A DNA stretch of 64,000 nucleotides, taken from the NCBI GenBank assembly GCA_947258615.1, contig CAMYIX010000043.1, forward strand, positions 1,825-65,824, in the 5' to 3' direction. A program made the position numbers and the translations under genes. The notes beneath the pieces were generated by a model. It was given only the letters and a program-made list of their open reading frames with translations, made no database searches and had not been told where the DNA came from. This DNA comes from an uncultured Ectothiorhodospiraceae bacterium (GTDB lineage Bacteria > Pseudomonadota > Gammaproteobacteria > UBA9214). This document shows positions 1-9,277 of the stretch, piece after piece. Position 1 is the stretch's first letter, and each line of letters starts with the position of its first letter.

Positions 1-660
1 CCCGGTCTGGATTTCATCGAGCATCATCAGCCAGTTGCGCTGATCGCAGATTTCGCGGATGCCTTTCAGATACCCCGGGTCCGGCACATTGATCCCGCCT
101 TCACCCTGGACGGGTTCCACCAGGATGGCCGCCACGGCGTTGCTGTTCCCGGCCACGGTACGGATCGCGTCCAGGTCGTTGTAGGGAACCCGGATGAAGC
201 CCTGCACCAGCGGCTCGAACCCGGCCTGGACGCGGCGGTTGCCGGTGGCCGTCAGGGTTGCCAGGGTGCGGCCGTGGAAACTGTTATCCATGACAATGAT
301 GGCCGGGGATTCGATGTCCCTGCCGTGTCCGTGAAGCCGTGCGATCTTGATGGCCGCTTCGTTGGCCTCGGCGCCCGAGTTGCAGAAAAACACCCGTTGC
401 ATGGCCGACAACAGGCTCAGGCGTTCCGCCAGTTCTGCCTGCAGCGGGATGCCGTAGAGGTTGGAGGTATGGAGCAGACGGCCGGCCTGTGTCGAGATGG
501 CCTCGGCTACGGCCGGATGTGCATGTCCCAGTCCGCACACCGCGATGCCGCTGAGTGCGTCCAGGTACTGCCTGCCCTCGGTGTCCCACAACCAGACACC
601 CTCGCCGCGTTCAAACTGCACCGGTAGTCGGGCATAGGTCGACATGAGATGATCTTTCAT
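1..660 (-). CDS. argD: Acetylornithine aminotransferase (class III PLP aminotransferase), N-terminal part; gene runs off the left edge
   Basis: My minus-strand translation from ATG at 660 (alternative ATG at 645) reads MKDHLMSTYARLPVQFERGEGVWLWDTEGRQYLDALSGIAVCGLGHAHP...FFCNSGAEANEAAIKIAR...VEPVQGEGGI...LMMLDEIQTG. These are typical ArgD/class-III motifs. The ORF is absent from the track because it is open at the window edge. Confidence 0.8.
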   Translation of the reverse strand, partial: MKDHLMSTYARLPVQFERGEGVWLWDTEGRQYLDALSGIAVCGLGHAHPAVAEAISTQAGRLLHTSNLYGIPLQAELAERLSLLSAMQRVFFCNSGAEANEAAIKIARLHGHGRDIESPAIIVMDNSFHGRTLATLTATGNRRVQAGFEPLVQGFIRVPYNDLDAIRTVAGNSNAVAAILVEPVQGEGGINVPDPGYLKGIREICDQRNWLMMLDEIQTG

Positions 661-674
661 ATTTTCCAAAGTCC

Positions 675-705
675 AAAAAGAAAAGGCAGTCCCTCACAGA
701 CTGCC
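675..705 (-). terminator. Rho-independent-type terminator hairpin
   Basis: On the minus strand, stem ggcagtc/gactgcc (685-691 / 699-705) is followed by ttttcttttt (plus-strand A-run 675-684). Confidence 0.5.
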
Positions 706-760
706 ATCCTCGAATTAACACTGATTTTATAGCCTGAATCGCCTACTGGCAAACGTCCTG

Positions 761-793
761 AAAAGCGCAAACCCGGCATTATGCCGGGTTTGC
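761..793 (-). terminator. Terminator hairpin downstream of the 845-1429 gene
   Basis: A 12-bp perfect stem gcaaacccggca/tgccgggtttgc (767-778 / 782-793) with a 3-nt loop. On the minus strand it is followed by gcttttc. Confidence 0.55.
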
Positions 794-844
794 GTGCCCT
801 GTTACGGCGTGTTCAGACCGGTGTCGTGCTGTTGTTCTCCGGGT

Positions 845-1429
845 CTAGAACGGCAGACCGTGCGCGTGTCCGGTCATGCACATCAGCATGGGGATGGACA
901 GCAGGGTGTTGGTGCGCGAGGCCATCAGGGCGACCTTTTTCGCCGAGGCGATCTGCTCTGCACTGGCTTCGACCATGCCCAGTATCTTTTTCTGGTTAGG
1001 CCAGATCAGCACCCACACATTGAACAGCATGATGGTGCCCAGCCAGGCACCAATACCGATCACGGCGGCACCGGACTGCAGGGTGAAGGCGTTCACGATA
1101 CCGATACCCATGGTCTCGAGTGCGGCCGCACCGGTCAGCCAGGTGGCAACAGCGGACCAACGAAACCACAACAGGGCACGCGGCGCCACGTACTTGTTGA
1201 TAGCGGCCGGTCCGGGGCCACCCTCGTCACCCAGCGCCTCACCCACGGCCGGGACCTGAACGAAGTTGAAGTAATACAGCAGGCCGATCCAGGTGATGCC
1301 GACCAGGACATGGGCCCATACTTCGAGTTCCCAGAGGTTGATGCCGCTTGTGCCGAGGACGAGTACGATGATAATCGACAGCACAAAACCGGAAATGATT
1401 GTGCCCAGTATCGAGGTTAACGGGTTCAT
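845..1429 (-). CDS. Integral membrane protein; resembles the transmembrane domain of the PuuD/urate-hydroxylase-type family, function uncertain
   Basis: 194-aa ORF with several hydrophobic helices. The pattern WAHVLVGITWIGLLYYFNF...LLWFRWSAVATWLTG recalls that family. It is followed by two terminator hairpins. Confidence 0.65.
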   Translation of the reverse strand: MNPLTSILGTIISGFVLSIIIVLVLGTSGINLWELEVWAHVLVGITWIGLLYYFNFVQVPAVGEALGDEGGPGPAAINKYVAPRALLWFRWSAVATWLTGAAALETMGIGIVNAFTLQSGAAVIGIGAWLGTIMLFNVWVLIWPNQKKILGMVEASAEQIASAKKVALMASRTNTLLSIPMLMCMTGHAHGLPF

Positions 1430-1599
1430 GTTTGCAGGCTCCTTTTGAGCGGTAGCGTTTGTTCTTGAAAAGGGTTCAATAAAAGCTGACTAAATTAGTC
1501 GGGATTGGAAGGATAAGGCAGGGCCATGCATAATGCAATACGCAAACCGTCTGAATCTTCTTGTAAAAGCATTGACTTACAGGTGCACGACCCATTCCC

Positions 1600-3165
1600 G
1601 TGACAGTGCCCAATCGGCCAGTGAAAATGGATGCAATTGAACTCAGCGTATATTCCAGCCGCTTGGCGGCCACCTGTGACGAAATGGGGGCGGTGCTGCG
1701 GCGCGCGGCGTTCTCGACCAATATCAAGGACCGGCTGGATTATTCCTGCGCCGTGTTCGATCCACGGGGACGCCTGTGTGCCCAGGCGGCACATATCCCG
1801 GTCCACCTCGGCAGCATGGCCTATGCCATGCAGGACCTGGTTGCGTGTATGCAGTGGGCGCCGGGCGACATGGTGGTCGTCAACGACCCCTACCTGGGTG
1901 GCACCCATCTGCCCGATGTGACCCTGATCGCCCCGGTTTACCTGCAGAAAAGGCTCATCGGCTTTGTGGCCAACCGCGCCCACCATGCCGATATCGGCGC
2001 GCACAGCCCGGGATCGATGCCGGTGTCGCGTTCCCTCACGGAAGAGGGCCTGATCATCTCGCCCCGGCACCTGCTGCGCGGGGACCGGGTGGAGATCGCT
2101 TGCCTGGAAACGATCACCACGGCCACCGCCAATCCCGTGCAGATGGACGGTGACATGGCCGCACAGATCAGCGCCAACCGCACCGGTGTACAGCGTCTGC
2201 TGCAGCTGGCCGGGTCCATGGGGACGGACCGCTACCTGGTCGGGCTGGATGCGGTGAATGATTACGCAGGACGGCTGGCCGCGCAGGCGCTGGGTCGCAT
2301 TCCGGACGGCCATTACGAATTCGAGGACGTGATGGAGGATGACGGTGCGGGCGGCGTCGACATCCGGATTGCGGTAAGCATCCGCGTTAAACAGGGCCGG
2401 GTCGATGTCGACTTCACCGGGACCGCCGCACAGGTACAGGGCAATATCAACTGTCCGCTCTCGGTTGCGGCGGCGGGCGTGTATTATGTGTTCCGCTGTC
2501 TCATGCCGGAACATACCCCGGCCTGTGCCGGCAGTTTTCGTTGCATCAGCCTGACGGCACCGGAAGGCTGCCTGCTCAATGCGCGGCGACCGGCGGCTGT
2601 AGCGGCCGGTAACGTGGAGACCAGCAGCCGGGTGGTGGACGTGGTGATGGGCGCACTGGCCCAGGCGATCCCGGACCGGGTCCCGGCGGCCAGCCAGGGC
2701 ACGATGAACAACCTGGCCATGGGTTCCCGTGACGGGGGGCGTGCCTGGGATTACTACGAGACCCTGGGCGGGGGCATGGGTGCCGGCGGTCTGCATGACG
2801 GCCTGAGCGCAATCCAGTCACATATGACGAACACGCTCAACACGCCGATCGAGGTGCTGGAGATGAATTTTCCGCTGCGCCTGCAGCGCTACCAGTTACG
2901 TGACGGTTCCGGTGGCGATGGCAGGCACCGGGGCGGGGACGGCCTGCTGCGCGAGTACGAGTTTCTCGAGCCGGCCACGGTCACCCTGCTGACAGAGCGA
3001 CGTCGCACCGGTCCCTGGGGGCTGGCGGGCGGCGAGGACGGCGCCAGCGGTGAAAACTGGCGCGGCAATCAACGTCTGCCCGCCAAGACCAGCTTCCGGA
3101 TAGGGGCCGGGGAGCGCCTGACGCTGTGCACGCCCGGTGGTGGTGGCTGGGGTGAAGCAGGATAG
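1600..3165 (+). CDS. Hydantoinase B / oxoprolinase family protein (HyuB-like)
   Basis: 521-aa ORF reading MDAIELSVYSSRLAATCDEMGAVLRRAAFSTNIKDRLDYSCAVFD...VNDPYLGGTHLPD...NTPIEVLE. This is a typical hydantoinase_B signature. The start may be ATG at 1627. Confidence 0.85.
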   Translation: MTVPNRPVKMDAIELSVYSSRLAATCDEMGAVLRRAAFSTNIKDRLDYSCAVFDPRGRLCAQAAHIPVHLGSMAYAMQDLVACMQWAPGDMVVVNDPYLGGTHLPDVTLIAPVYLQKRLIGFVANRAHHADIGAHSPGSMPVSRSLTEEGLIISPRHLLRGDRVEIACLETITTATANPVQMDGDMAAQISANRTGVQRLLQLAGSMGTDRYLVGLDAVNDYAGRLAAQALGRIPDGHYEFEDVMEDDGAGGVDIRIAVSIRVKQGRVDVDFTGTAAQVQGNINCPLSVAAAGVYYVFRCLMPEHTPACAGSFRCISLTAPEGCLLNARRPAAVAAGNVETSSRVVDVVMGALAQAIPDRVPAASQGTMNNLAMGSRDGGRAWDYYETLGGGMGAGGLHDGLSAIQSHMTNTLNTPIEVLEMNFPLRLQRYQLRDGSGGDGRHRGGDGLLREYEFLEPATVTLLTERRRTGPWGLAGGEDGASGENWRGNQRLPAKTSFRIGAGERLTLCTPGGGGWGEAG

Positions 3166-3489
3166 GATTAAGATACGCAATGAGTAAGAACAAGGTGGTT
3201 ATAGATTCTCACTCTCTCCCGGATAATACTGATCATGATGTCAGCTAACTCCTCCATGACAGGTAGAATTTTTTTCCAGAAGGATTAGAGACATGAAAGT
3301 CACCAGCGATGCAAAAAGAACAATTTCTTCTCCCTTCGGGACGCCTGCAGGGATGCAGGTGGTAGAGCAAAGCGTGGAGCATTTGCCGAGAAGGCCGGGA
3401 TGAGGGGATATAAAATCAGACAGATAACATTATTCTATCCACCCTCCCGATGGGCGAGGGGGTTTATGGGGCATCAGTTGACAGGGGCT

Positions 3490-3822
3490 ATGAAGATATC
3501 CGGTTATAGCGTGGTGGTGTTACTGCTTGCCGGTCTGCTGCAGGGCTGCGGTTCGCTGATCGTCGGGGGCGCCTCGCCAGGCGGCGGCAGCTACAGCGGC
3601 GCCCAGACCAGTACCGATGCGGCCATTACCTCCCGGGTCAACACCCGCCTTGTGAAGGACAGCCAGGTCAGGGCGCTGGATATCCGGGTCAGTACCTACA
3701 ACGGCGTGGTAAGCCTGTACGGCTCGGTCGACAGCGCCGCGGTCGCGGCCCGCGCGGTTGAACTGGCACGCACCACCAGCGGGGTCAGGCGCGTGATTTC
3801 CAGGCTGTCGGTCGCGCCCTGA
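3490..3822 (+). CDS. BON-domain lipoprotein (OsmY-like)
   Basis: The in-frame ATG at 3490 gives MKISGYSVVVLLLAGLLQGCGS, a signal peptide with an L-Q-G-C lipobox. A BON-like segment follows: ITSRVNTRLVKDSQVRALDIRVSTYNGVVSLYGSVDS. Confidence 0.75.
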   Translation: MKISGYSVVVLLLAGLLQGCGSLIVGGASPGGGSYSGAQTSTDAAITSRVNTRLVKDSQVRALDIRVSTYNGVVSLYGSVDSAAVAARAVELARTTSGVRRVISRLSVAP

Positions 3823-3858
3823 CAGCCTCACTGTTTCATTTTTATGGACCGGTAATTT

Positions 3859-5643
3859 ATGTGCGGCCTCTGCGGTGAATTGCGTTTTGACGGTTCGCGT
3901 CCGGACCGGCAGACCCTGTTGAAGATGATGTCCCGGCTGGAACGCCGCGGGCCGGATGCCGCGGGCGACTACGCCGATGGCCCGGTGGCACTGGGGCACC
4001 GGCGGCTGTCGATCATCGACCTCTCCGACCGCTCCAACCAGCCCCTGGTCGACCGGGACCTGGGGCTGGTGCTGGTGTTCAACGGTACCATCTACAACTA
4101 TCCGGAACTCAGGGACCGGCTGCGCGCGAAGGGCTACCGGTTTTTCACCAGCGGTGACAGCGAGGTGATCCTGAAGGCCTATGCCGAGTGGGGCGTGGAC
4201 TGCCCGCAGCATCTGCATGGCATGTTTGCCTTTGCGATCTGGGATGTCCGCAAGCAGGGCCTGTTTCTTGCCCGTGACCGCTTCGGCATCAAGCCCTTGT
4301 ATTACAGCATCACCCCGCGCGGTCTGCGTTTTGCCTCGACCAGCAGTGCGCTGCTGCAGGCCGGCGATGTCGACACCGACATCGATCCCGTGGCCCTGCA
4401 TCACCACCTCAGTCTGCACGCCGTGGTGCCGGCACCGCGCACCCTGCTGCGCGGGCTACGCAAACTGGCACCGGGGCACAGTCTCAGCTTTCAGCAGGAC
4501 GGCCGCAAGCAACTGCGGCGCTACTGGCAGCTGGATACGCAGCCGCGCTCCCCGGAACTGAGCGAGTGGGAGTGGATCGAGGCGATCCACGAGGCACTCA
4601 AAAAGGCGGTCGAGCGGCGCCGTACCATTGCCGACGTGCCGGTCGGTATCCTGCTGTCGGGGGGGCTGGATTCCAGCATGCTGGTCGCCCTGCTGGCAGA
4701 GGTGGGTGGCGGGGAGCTGTTTACCTTTTCCGTGGGCTTCGAGGACCAGCCGGAAGAACGCGGGCACGAATTCGAATACTCGGACCTGGTGGCGGACCTC
4801 TACCAGACCAAACACCAGCGCTTCTCGATTCCCAACGATGAGGTGCTGGCGCGCCTGCCTGAAGCGGTCGAGCACATGTCCGAGCCCATGGTCGGGCAGG
4901 ATGCCGTGGCCTTCTACCTGCTGGGTGAACGCGTCTCCCGGGAGGTCAAGGTGGTGCAGAGCGGACAGGGTGCCGATGAGGTATTCGCCGGCTATTTCTG
5001 GTACGAGCAGATGCAGGCGGCGCGGGGCAGCGACCTGGAACGTTTCCGGCCGCGCTATTTCGACCGCAGCCACGAGGAACTGCTGGAGACGATCGATGCC
5101 CGCCATCAGGGCATCGACTACACCTCGCCACGGGTCGAACAGGGGCTGAGACGCAGCGCGGCCGGGCGCTTCCTGAACCGGGTACTGGCCTTTGACGTCA
5201 CCACCCTGATCGTGGATGACCCGGTCAAGCGGGTCGACAACATGACCATGGCGTGGGGGCTGGAGGCGCGCGTACCGTTTCTCGATCACGAACTGGTCGA
5301 GCTTGCCATTCGCATGCCGCCCGAGATCAAGCTCAAGTCGGGTGGCAAGCACCCGCTCAAGGTGATTTCACGCGGTCTGCTGCCGGATCAGGTGATCGAC
5401 CGTCCCAAGGGCTACTTCCCGGTACCCGCCTTGAAATACGTGCGCGGCGAGGTGCTGGAATTCGTGCGCGAGGTGCTGTGCGCCCGGGCCTGCAGGGAGC
5501 GCGGGCTGTTCCGGCTTGAATACGTCGACACATTGCTGGACAGTCCCGAGCAGCACCATACGCCGATCCTGGGCAACAAGCTCTGGCACCTGGCCCTGCT
5601 GGAGTTCTGGCTGCAGCGCAACGTGGATGCTATATCCCTGTGA
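3859..5643 (+). CDS. Glutamine-hydrolysing asparagine synthase family amidotransferase (AsnO / N-acetylglutaminylglutamine amidotransferase-like)
   Basis: 594 aa. N-terminal MCGLCGELRFDG supplies the Ntn catalytic Cys2. The SGGLDSS PP-loop lies in the synthetase domain. Confidence 0.85.
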   Translation: MCGLCGELRFDGSRPDRQTLLKMMSRLERRGPDAAGDYADGPVALGHRRLSIIDLSDRSNQPLVDRDLGLVLVFNGTIYNYPELRDRLRAKGYRFFTSGDSEVILKAYAEWGVDCPQHLHGMFAFAIWDVRKQGLFLARDRFGIKPLYYSITPRGLRFASTSSALLQAGDVDTDIDPVALHHHLSLHAVVPAPRTLLRGLRKLAPGHSLSFQQDGRKQLRRYWQLDTQPRSPELSEWEWIEAIHEALKKAVERRRTIADVPVGILLSGGLDSSMLVALLAEVGGGELFTFSVGFEDQPEERGHEFEYSDLVADLYQTKHQRFSIPNDEVLARLPEAVEHMSEPMVGQDAVAFYLLGERVSREVKVVQSGQGADEVFAGYFWYEQMQAARGSDLERFRPRYFDRSHEELLETIDARHQGIDYTSPRVEQGLRRSAAGRFLNRVLAFDVTTLIVDDPVKRVDNMTMAWGLEARVPFLDHELVELAIRMPPEIKLKSGGKHPLKVISRGLLPDQVIDRPKGYFPVPALKYVRGEVLEFVREVLCARACRERGLFRLEYVDTLLDSPEQHHTPILGNKLWHLALLEFWLQRNVDAISL

Positions 5644-5760
5644 TTAGTGTCTTTTAGCGGAGACCCGACCCAAGTAGAATTTTTATATACCTTGAGACGC
5701 TTGTTGACCGCCGGGAGTCCGGACAAGCGGGGAAAAGCAGATGTATCCGTTATTGAAATT

Positions 5761-6078
5761 ATGGAACGCATCGACAAGGCGGTAAAAGACAACCCCGTCA
5801 TCATCTTCATGAAGGGTTCTCCCCAGATACCGCAGTGCGGTTATTCCAGTCGTGCAGCACAGGCGCTGATGGCCTGCGGCGAGGAGTTCGCGCATGTCAA
5901 CGTGCTGGCCGATCCGGAGGTGTTCGAGAATCTGCCGCGTTACGCCAACTGGCCGACCTTCCCGCAGATCTATATCAACGGTGAACTGATCGGGGGTTGC
6001 GATATCACCCTCGAACTCTACCAGAAGGGCGAATTGCAGAAGATGGTCAAGGACGCAAAGGCCGGGGACGCTGCCTGA
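5761..6078 (+). CDS. grxD: Monothiol glutaredoxin, Grx4 family
   Basis: From the internal ATG at 5761 the protein reads MERIDKAVKDNPVIIFMKGSPQIPQCGYSSRA...WPTFPQIYINGELIGGCDI. CGYS replaces the usual CGFS active site. The 5' extension of the tracked ORF has no family counterpart. Confidence 0.85.
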   Translation: MERIDKAVKDNPVIIFMKGSPQIPQCGYSSRAAQALMACGEEFAHVNVLADPEVFENLPRYANWPTFPQIYINGELIGGCDITLELYQKGELQKMVKDAKAGDAA

Positions 6079-6148
6079 AATGGCTTGCCGGAGGGGCGGG
6101 GTGCGGGCAGCGCATTCCGCCCCGGCAAAAAACAATCCTGTGAAGGCG

Positions 6149-6330
6149 TGATTAATCCGTCATTGCGACGAAGCAGTCTTTAAGGAAACTCTGATTAATC
6201 CGTCATTGCGAGGAACAAAGTGACGAAGCAATCTCCAAACGATTGATTATGAATCCTGAGATTGCCGCGCTGGCCGTTCCCGGCTTGGCCCAGGCCAGCC
6301 TCTCGACCGGTTCCCGGTCTCACCTTCTCC
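6149..6330. repeat. Repeat family 2, copy 1 (gtcattgcgag...gacgaagcaatct module duplicated, then cccaggccagcctctcgaccggttcccNgtctcacct module)
   Basis: Shares both modules with 42418-42565. The module attaatccgtcattgcga occurs twice (6151 and 6194). Confidence 0.6.
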
Positions 6331-6895
6331 TGCCTCCCACGGCACTTGTACATGGCCCAGGCCAGCTTTCCAGGATGTCCACCATCAGCTTCTGACCCTT
6401 TTCGGTCATATTCTCGGTCAGCTTGTCGGCATCACGTTCGCCTTCCACCAGGGGGCGAATGCGGCCTGCCAGGATACCCATGTCACCGCCGGCTGCCAGC
6501 ATCTGCTTGGCCATGTTGGCGATGATCTGCAGTGCCTGGGCATTGCCCGTGCGCGAGGCATGCACCAGGCCGGCGATTCCGGGTGCGGCCATACTGGAAT
6601 CGAAGTCGGCTTGCAGGTCGGGTAGCGTGCTCGGGTCCTGCAGGCCGCGCAGGATGGATTCGACAATCACCCGGTCCTCGTCATCGAGTCCCAGCAGGTG
6701 GCTCTCCTCGCGTTTGCCGGACATGATGTCGCGGATGGCCATAACCAGCAGCTTCCAGTCATTTTGTTCGGCCTGTTGCAGGACCTGTTCCAGGTCGGGT
6801 ACCGAGCCGGGATTGTTGCAGTGCATCACCACGCGGTGTATCAGTCCGGCATGGGATTGGAGTATCTGCTCGTCATGTTCGGGCATGTTGCTCAT
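6320..6895 (-). CDS. Hypothetical protein (no family recognised)
   Basis: 191-aa ORF. Its ATG (6895) overlaps the rnt stop by 4 nt. Its last codons and stop lie inside repeat family 2, copy 1. Confidence 0.6.
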   Translation of the reverse strand: MSNMPEHDEQILQSHAGLIHRVVMHCNNPGSVPDLEQVLQQAEQNDWKLLVMAIRDIMSGKREESHLLGLDDEDRVIVESILRGLQDPSTLPDLQADFDSSMAAPGIAGLVHASRTGNAQALQIIANMAKQMLAAGGDMGILAGRIRPLVEGERDADKLTENMTEKGQKLMVDILESWPGPCTSAVGGRRR

Positions 6896-7566
6896 CGTGA
6901 ATTGGCCTCGTCATAGTCGGTTTCAGCTGGCAATGGTGTCATAACACCGCCACTGTATTCATGCCAGCGGTTGATGATGGTGCAGAACAGGTCGGCGGTC
7001 CGTTCCGTGTCGTATACCGCGGAGTGTGCCTGGTCGCTGTCCCACTCGATACCCGCGGCCCGGGCGGCCCGCGCGAGCACGGTCTGGCCATAGGCCAGCC
7101 CGGCCAGCGTCACGGTGTCGAAGGTGCTGAACGGATGAAAGGGGTTGCGCTTGATCCCGGTGCGGTTCACCGCTGCGTTCAGGAAGCCTAGATCGAAGGC
7201 AGAGTTGTGGCCCACCAGGATGGCCCGGTTGCAGCCACTCGCCCTGATGGCCCGGCGTACCGGTTTGAAAATGGTCTCGAGTGCCTCCAGTTCCTGTTTT
7301 GCAAAACGGAAGGGGTGATAGGGGTCGATGCCGGTGAATTCCAGCGATTCCTGGTCAAGGTTGGCGCCCGGGAACGGTTCGACATGGCAGGCGTGGGTCT
7401 CTCTCCGCTGGATGTATCCCTGCTCGTCGATGGCCAGCGTGACGGCGGCGATTTCCAGCAGGGCATCGCGTTTGGCATTGAAGCCGGCGGTTTCGACATC
7501 GACCACAACCGGCAGAAAGCCGCGGAAACGCCGCGCCATGGGTGATTTGTCATTCAGGTCAGACAT
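6892..7566 (-). CDS. rnt: Ribonuclease T (DEDDh exonuclease)
   Basis: From ATG at 7566 the protein reads [30 protein letters not shown]...[13 protein letters not shown]...HSAVYDTE. The result is 224 aa. The longer tracked ORF (to 7986) is an upstream read-through. Confidence 0.85.
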   Translation of the reverse strand: MSDLNDKSPMARRFRGFLPVVVDVETAGFNAKRDALLEIAAVTLAIDEQGYIQRRETHACHVEPFPGANLDQESLEFTGIDPYHPFRFAKQELEALETIFKPVRRAIRASGCNRAILVGHNSAFDLGFLNAAVNRTGIKRNPFHPFSTFDTVTLAGLAYGQTVLARAARAAGIEWDSDQAHSAVYDTERTADLFCTIINRWHEYSGGVMTPLPAETDYDEANSR

Positions 7567-7714
7567 CCCGCAAGCATACCCAATCATCCGTTGTTTTGCG
7601 AAGGTGACGTCGTGTTCAGGCCCTGCGCGCACGGATTGTAGTAAGCTCGACAGGGTTATTGTCAGAAACCCCTCCGCTAGTATTTCTATTAAGCTGTGAA
7701 CGAGGACGCGCTGC

Positions 7715-8611
7715 ATGATCCGACGAATTAACCAGGCAGGGCGTGTGGCCGGCCTGCTGCTGGCGGCCCTGCTGTGTTGGGCACAGGCCGTATACGGGGA
7801 TGGAAATACCCCGAGGCAGCGCGGGTTGCTGTGGGAAATCAGCAAGCCGGGTAAGCTGCCAGGCCACCTGTTCGGGACCATACATTCCGAAGATCCGGCG
7901 GTGCTGCGCCTCGACAGGACGGTCCAGCGGGCACTGGAGGACGCCAGTCGTGTTGTGCTGGAAGTGCAGATGGACAGGGACGCCATGGTCTACACCAGCA
8001 CGGCCATGTTGATGACCGATGGGCGCCTGTTGTCGGCCATCCTGGGCGGGGACCTGTTTGTGCAGGCGGTAGCCGCCATGCAGACGCGCGGTATCCCCGA
8101 GCTGGTCGTGGAGCGCATGAAGCCATGGGCAGTCGCCATTACTCTGGCCATGCCGCCCGCAGTGACGGGCGAAGTGCTGGACCTGACGCTGTACCAGTAT
8201 GCCCGGGAAACCAACAAGCCGGTCTACGGGCTGGAGACGATCCGTGAACAACTGGATGTGTTCGAGGGGATGTCGCTGAACGACCAGGTTGCCCTGTTGA
8301 AGGACGCCGTGGAACAGTTCCCCGACATTGATGCCCTGCACGCGGAGTTGCTGGCTGCCTACCAGCAACGCGACCTGGCCGCCCTGGAGGCGCTCAACGA
8401 GGCATCCCTTAAAACCGGCGACCAGCGCCTGGCCCGGGATTTCCAGCAGCGCCTGATCCTCGACCGCAACCGGCGTATGGCCGAGCGCATGCAGGAACAC
8501 CTGGAGGCAGGGGGCGCCTTCATTGCCGTAGGCGCCCTGCACCTCCCGGGTGAGGAGGGGTTGCTCGAGTTGCTCGAGCAGCGTGGTTATTCGGTCAGGG
8601 TGGTTTACTAG
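7715..8611 (+). CDS. TraB/GumN family protein, secreted
   Basis: A signal peptide is followed by [27 protein letters not shown], and near the C-terminus [19 protein letters not shown]. Confidence 0.75.
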   Translation: MIRRINQAGRVAGLLLAALLCWAQAVYGDGNTPRQRGLLWEISKPGKLPGHLFGTIHSEDPAVLRLDRTVQRALEDASRVVLEVQMDRDAMVYTSTAMLMTDGRLLSAILGGDLFVQAVAAMQTRGIPELVVERMKPWAVAITLAMPPAVTGEVLDLTLYQYARETNKPVYGLETIREQLDVFEGMSLNDQVALLKDAVEQFPDIDALHAELLAAYQQRDLAALEALNEASLKTGDQRLARDFQQRLILDRNRRMAERMQEHLEAGGAFIAVGALHLPGEEGLLELLEQRGYSVRVVY

Positions 8612-8715
8612 GGTTTTTGGGGCAGGCTTTTGCGCCTGCACAGCATGGGGATCAGGTTTCGCACTAACGTGCGAGGTTCTTCATTTTAAGCGAGCTTCCG
8701 CGCTCGCACTGCGGG

Positions 8716-9224
8716 CCCCTTTTCTTTGCTCGCCCAAAGAAAAGGGACAAAAAGAAAAGGCGCCCGGAGGCTTGATCGCTGCGCGATTCCCCTGCGCTTC
8801 TCGCCTCAATCGGCGCTCGTCGAACTCGCAATCGCGCATTGCGCGATTGCTCAGACAGGCGACTCGCTTTTCCCGATTGCTGCTGCGATGCTCGGCGGCG
8901 CCTACGGTAACGGGGCGGCCGCCCGATGCCCCGTTGCCCTCACCGAGTACCGCAGGCAATCCGGGACAAGGGCGCGCACCCTGTTCAAGCTAGTAAATGT
9001 ACCTTACCCATCATGCCGAGTCCTGAATCAGGATCTGCACGGATGGCGGTCCGATCACCGTAGGCGCCGCCGAGCATCGCAGTGAAAAGCGGACCGAGCG
9101 AGCCGCCTGTTTGAGCGTATCGAGCGTAAGCGAGATCGCGAGTTCGGCGAACCCGCGTCAGCGGGCAAGCCTCCGGGCCGCTTTTCTTTTGGGTACTTTT
9201 CTTTGGCGGCGCAAAGAAAAGTAC
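8716..9224. repeat. Large imperfect foldback (palindromic) element: about 190-bp inverted arms around a 150-bp core
   Basis: The left arm 8716-8907 is the reverse complement of the right arm 9058-9224. The innermost 25 bp are perfect (8883-8907 against 9058-9082). Each arm also carries its own ttttctttg...caaagaaaa hairpin. Confidence 0.7.
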
Positions 9225-9277
9225 CTCGCCGTCAGGCGAAACCTGACACCATTACAGTGCGGGCATACAAGCCCGCT

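Noticed and set aside
1495-2796. 433-aa minus-strand ORF antisense to the hydantoinase B gene
   Set aside because: It lies entirely within a well-supported plus-strand gene. Its Arg/Gly/His/Pro-rich composition is typical of antisense frames in high-GC DNA, and no family is recognisable.
3340-3400. tRNA-like string ggtggtagagca in the low-GC gap upstream of the BON-domain gene
   Set aside because: No acceptor stem, anticodon arm or GTTCRANNC T-loop can be drawn around it.
6079-6135. GC-rich hairpin after grxD as a Rho-independent terminator
   Set aside because: On the plus strand the stem is followed by an A-run rather than a T-run. On the minus strand it is preceded by the T-run. It fits neither orientation.
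6892-7986. 364-aa version of the rnt ORF
   Set aside because: RNase T homology begins at MSDLNDK (ATG 7566). The upstream 140 codons overlap the promoter region and the start of the divergent traB/gumN gene.
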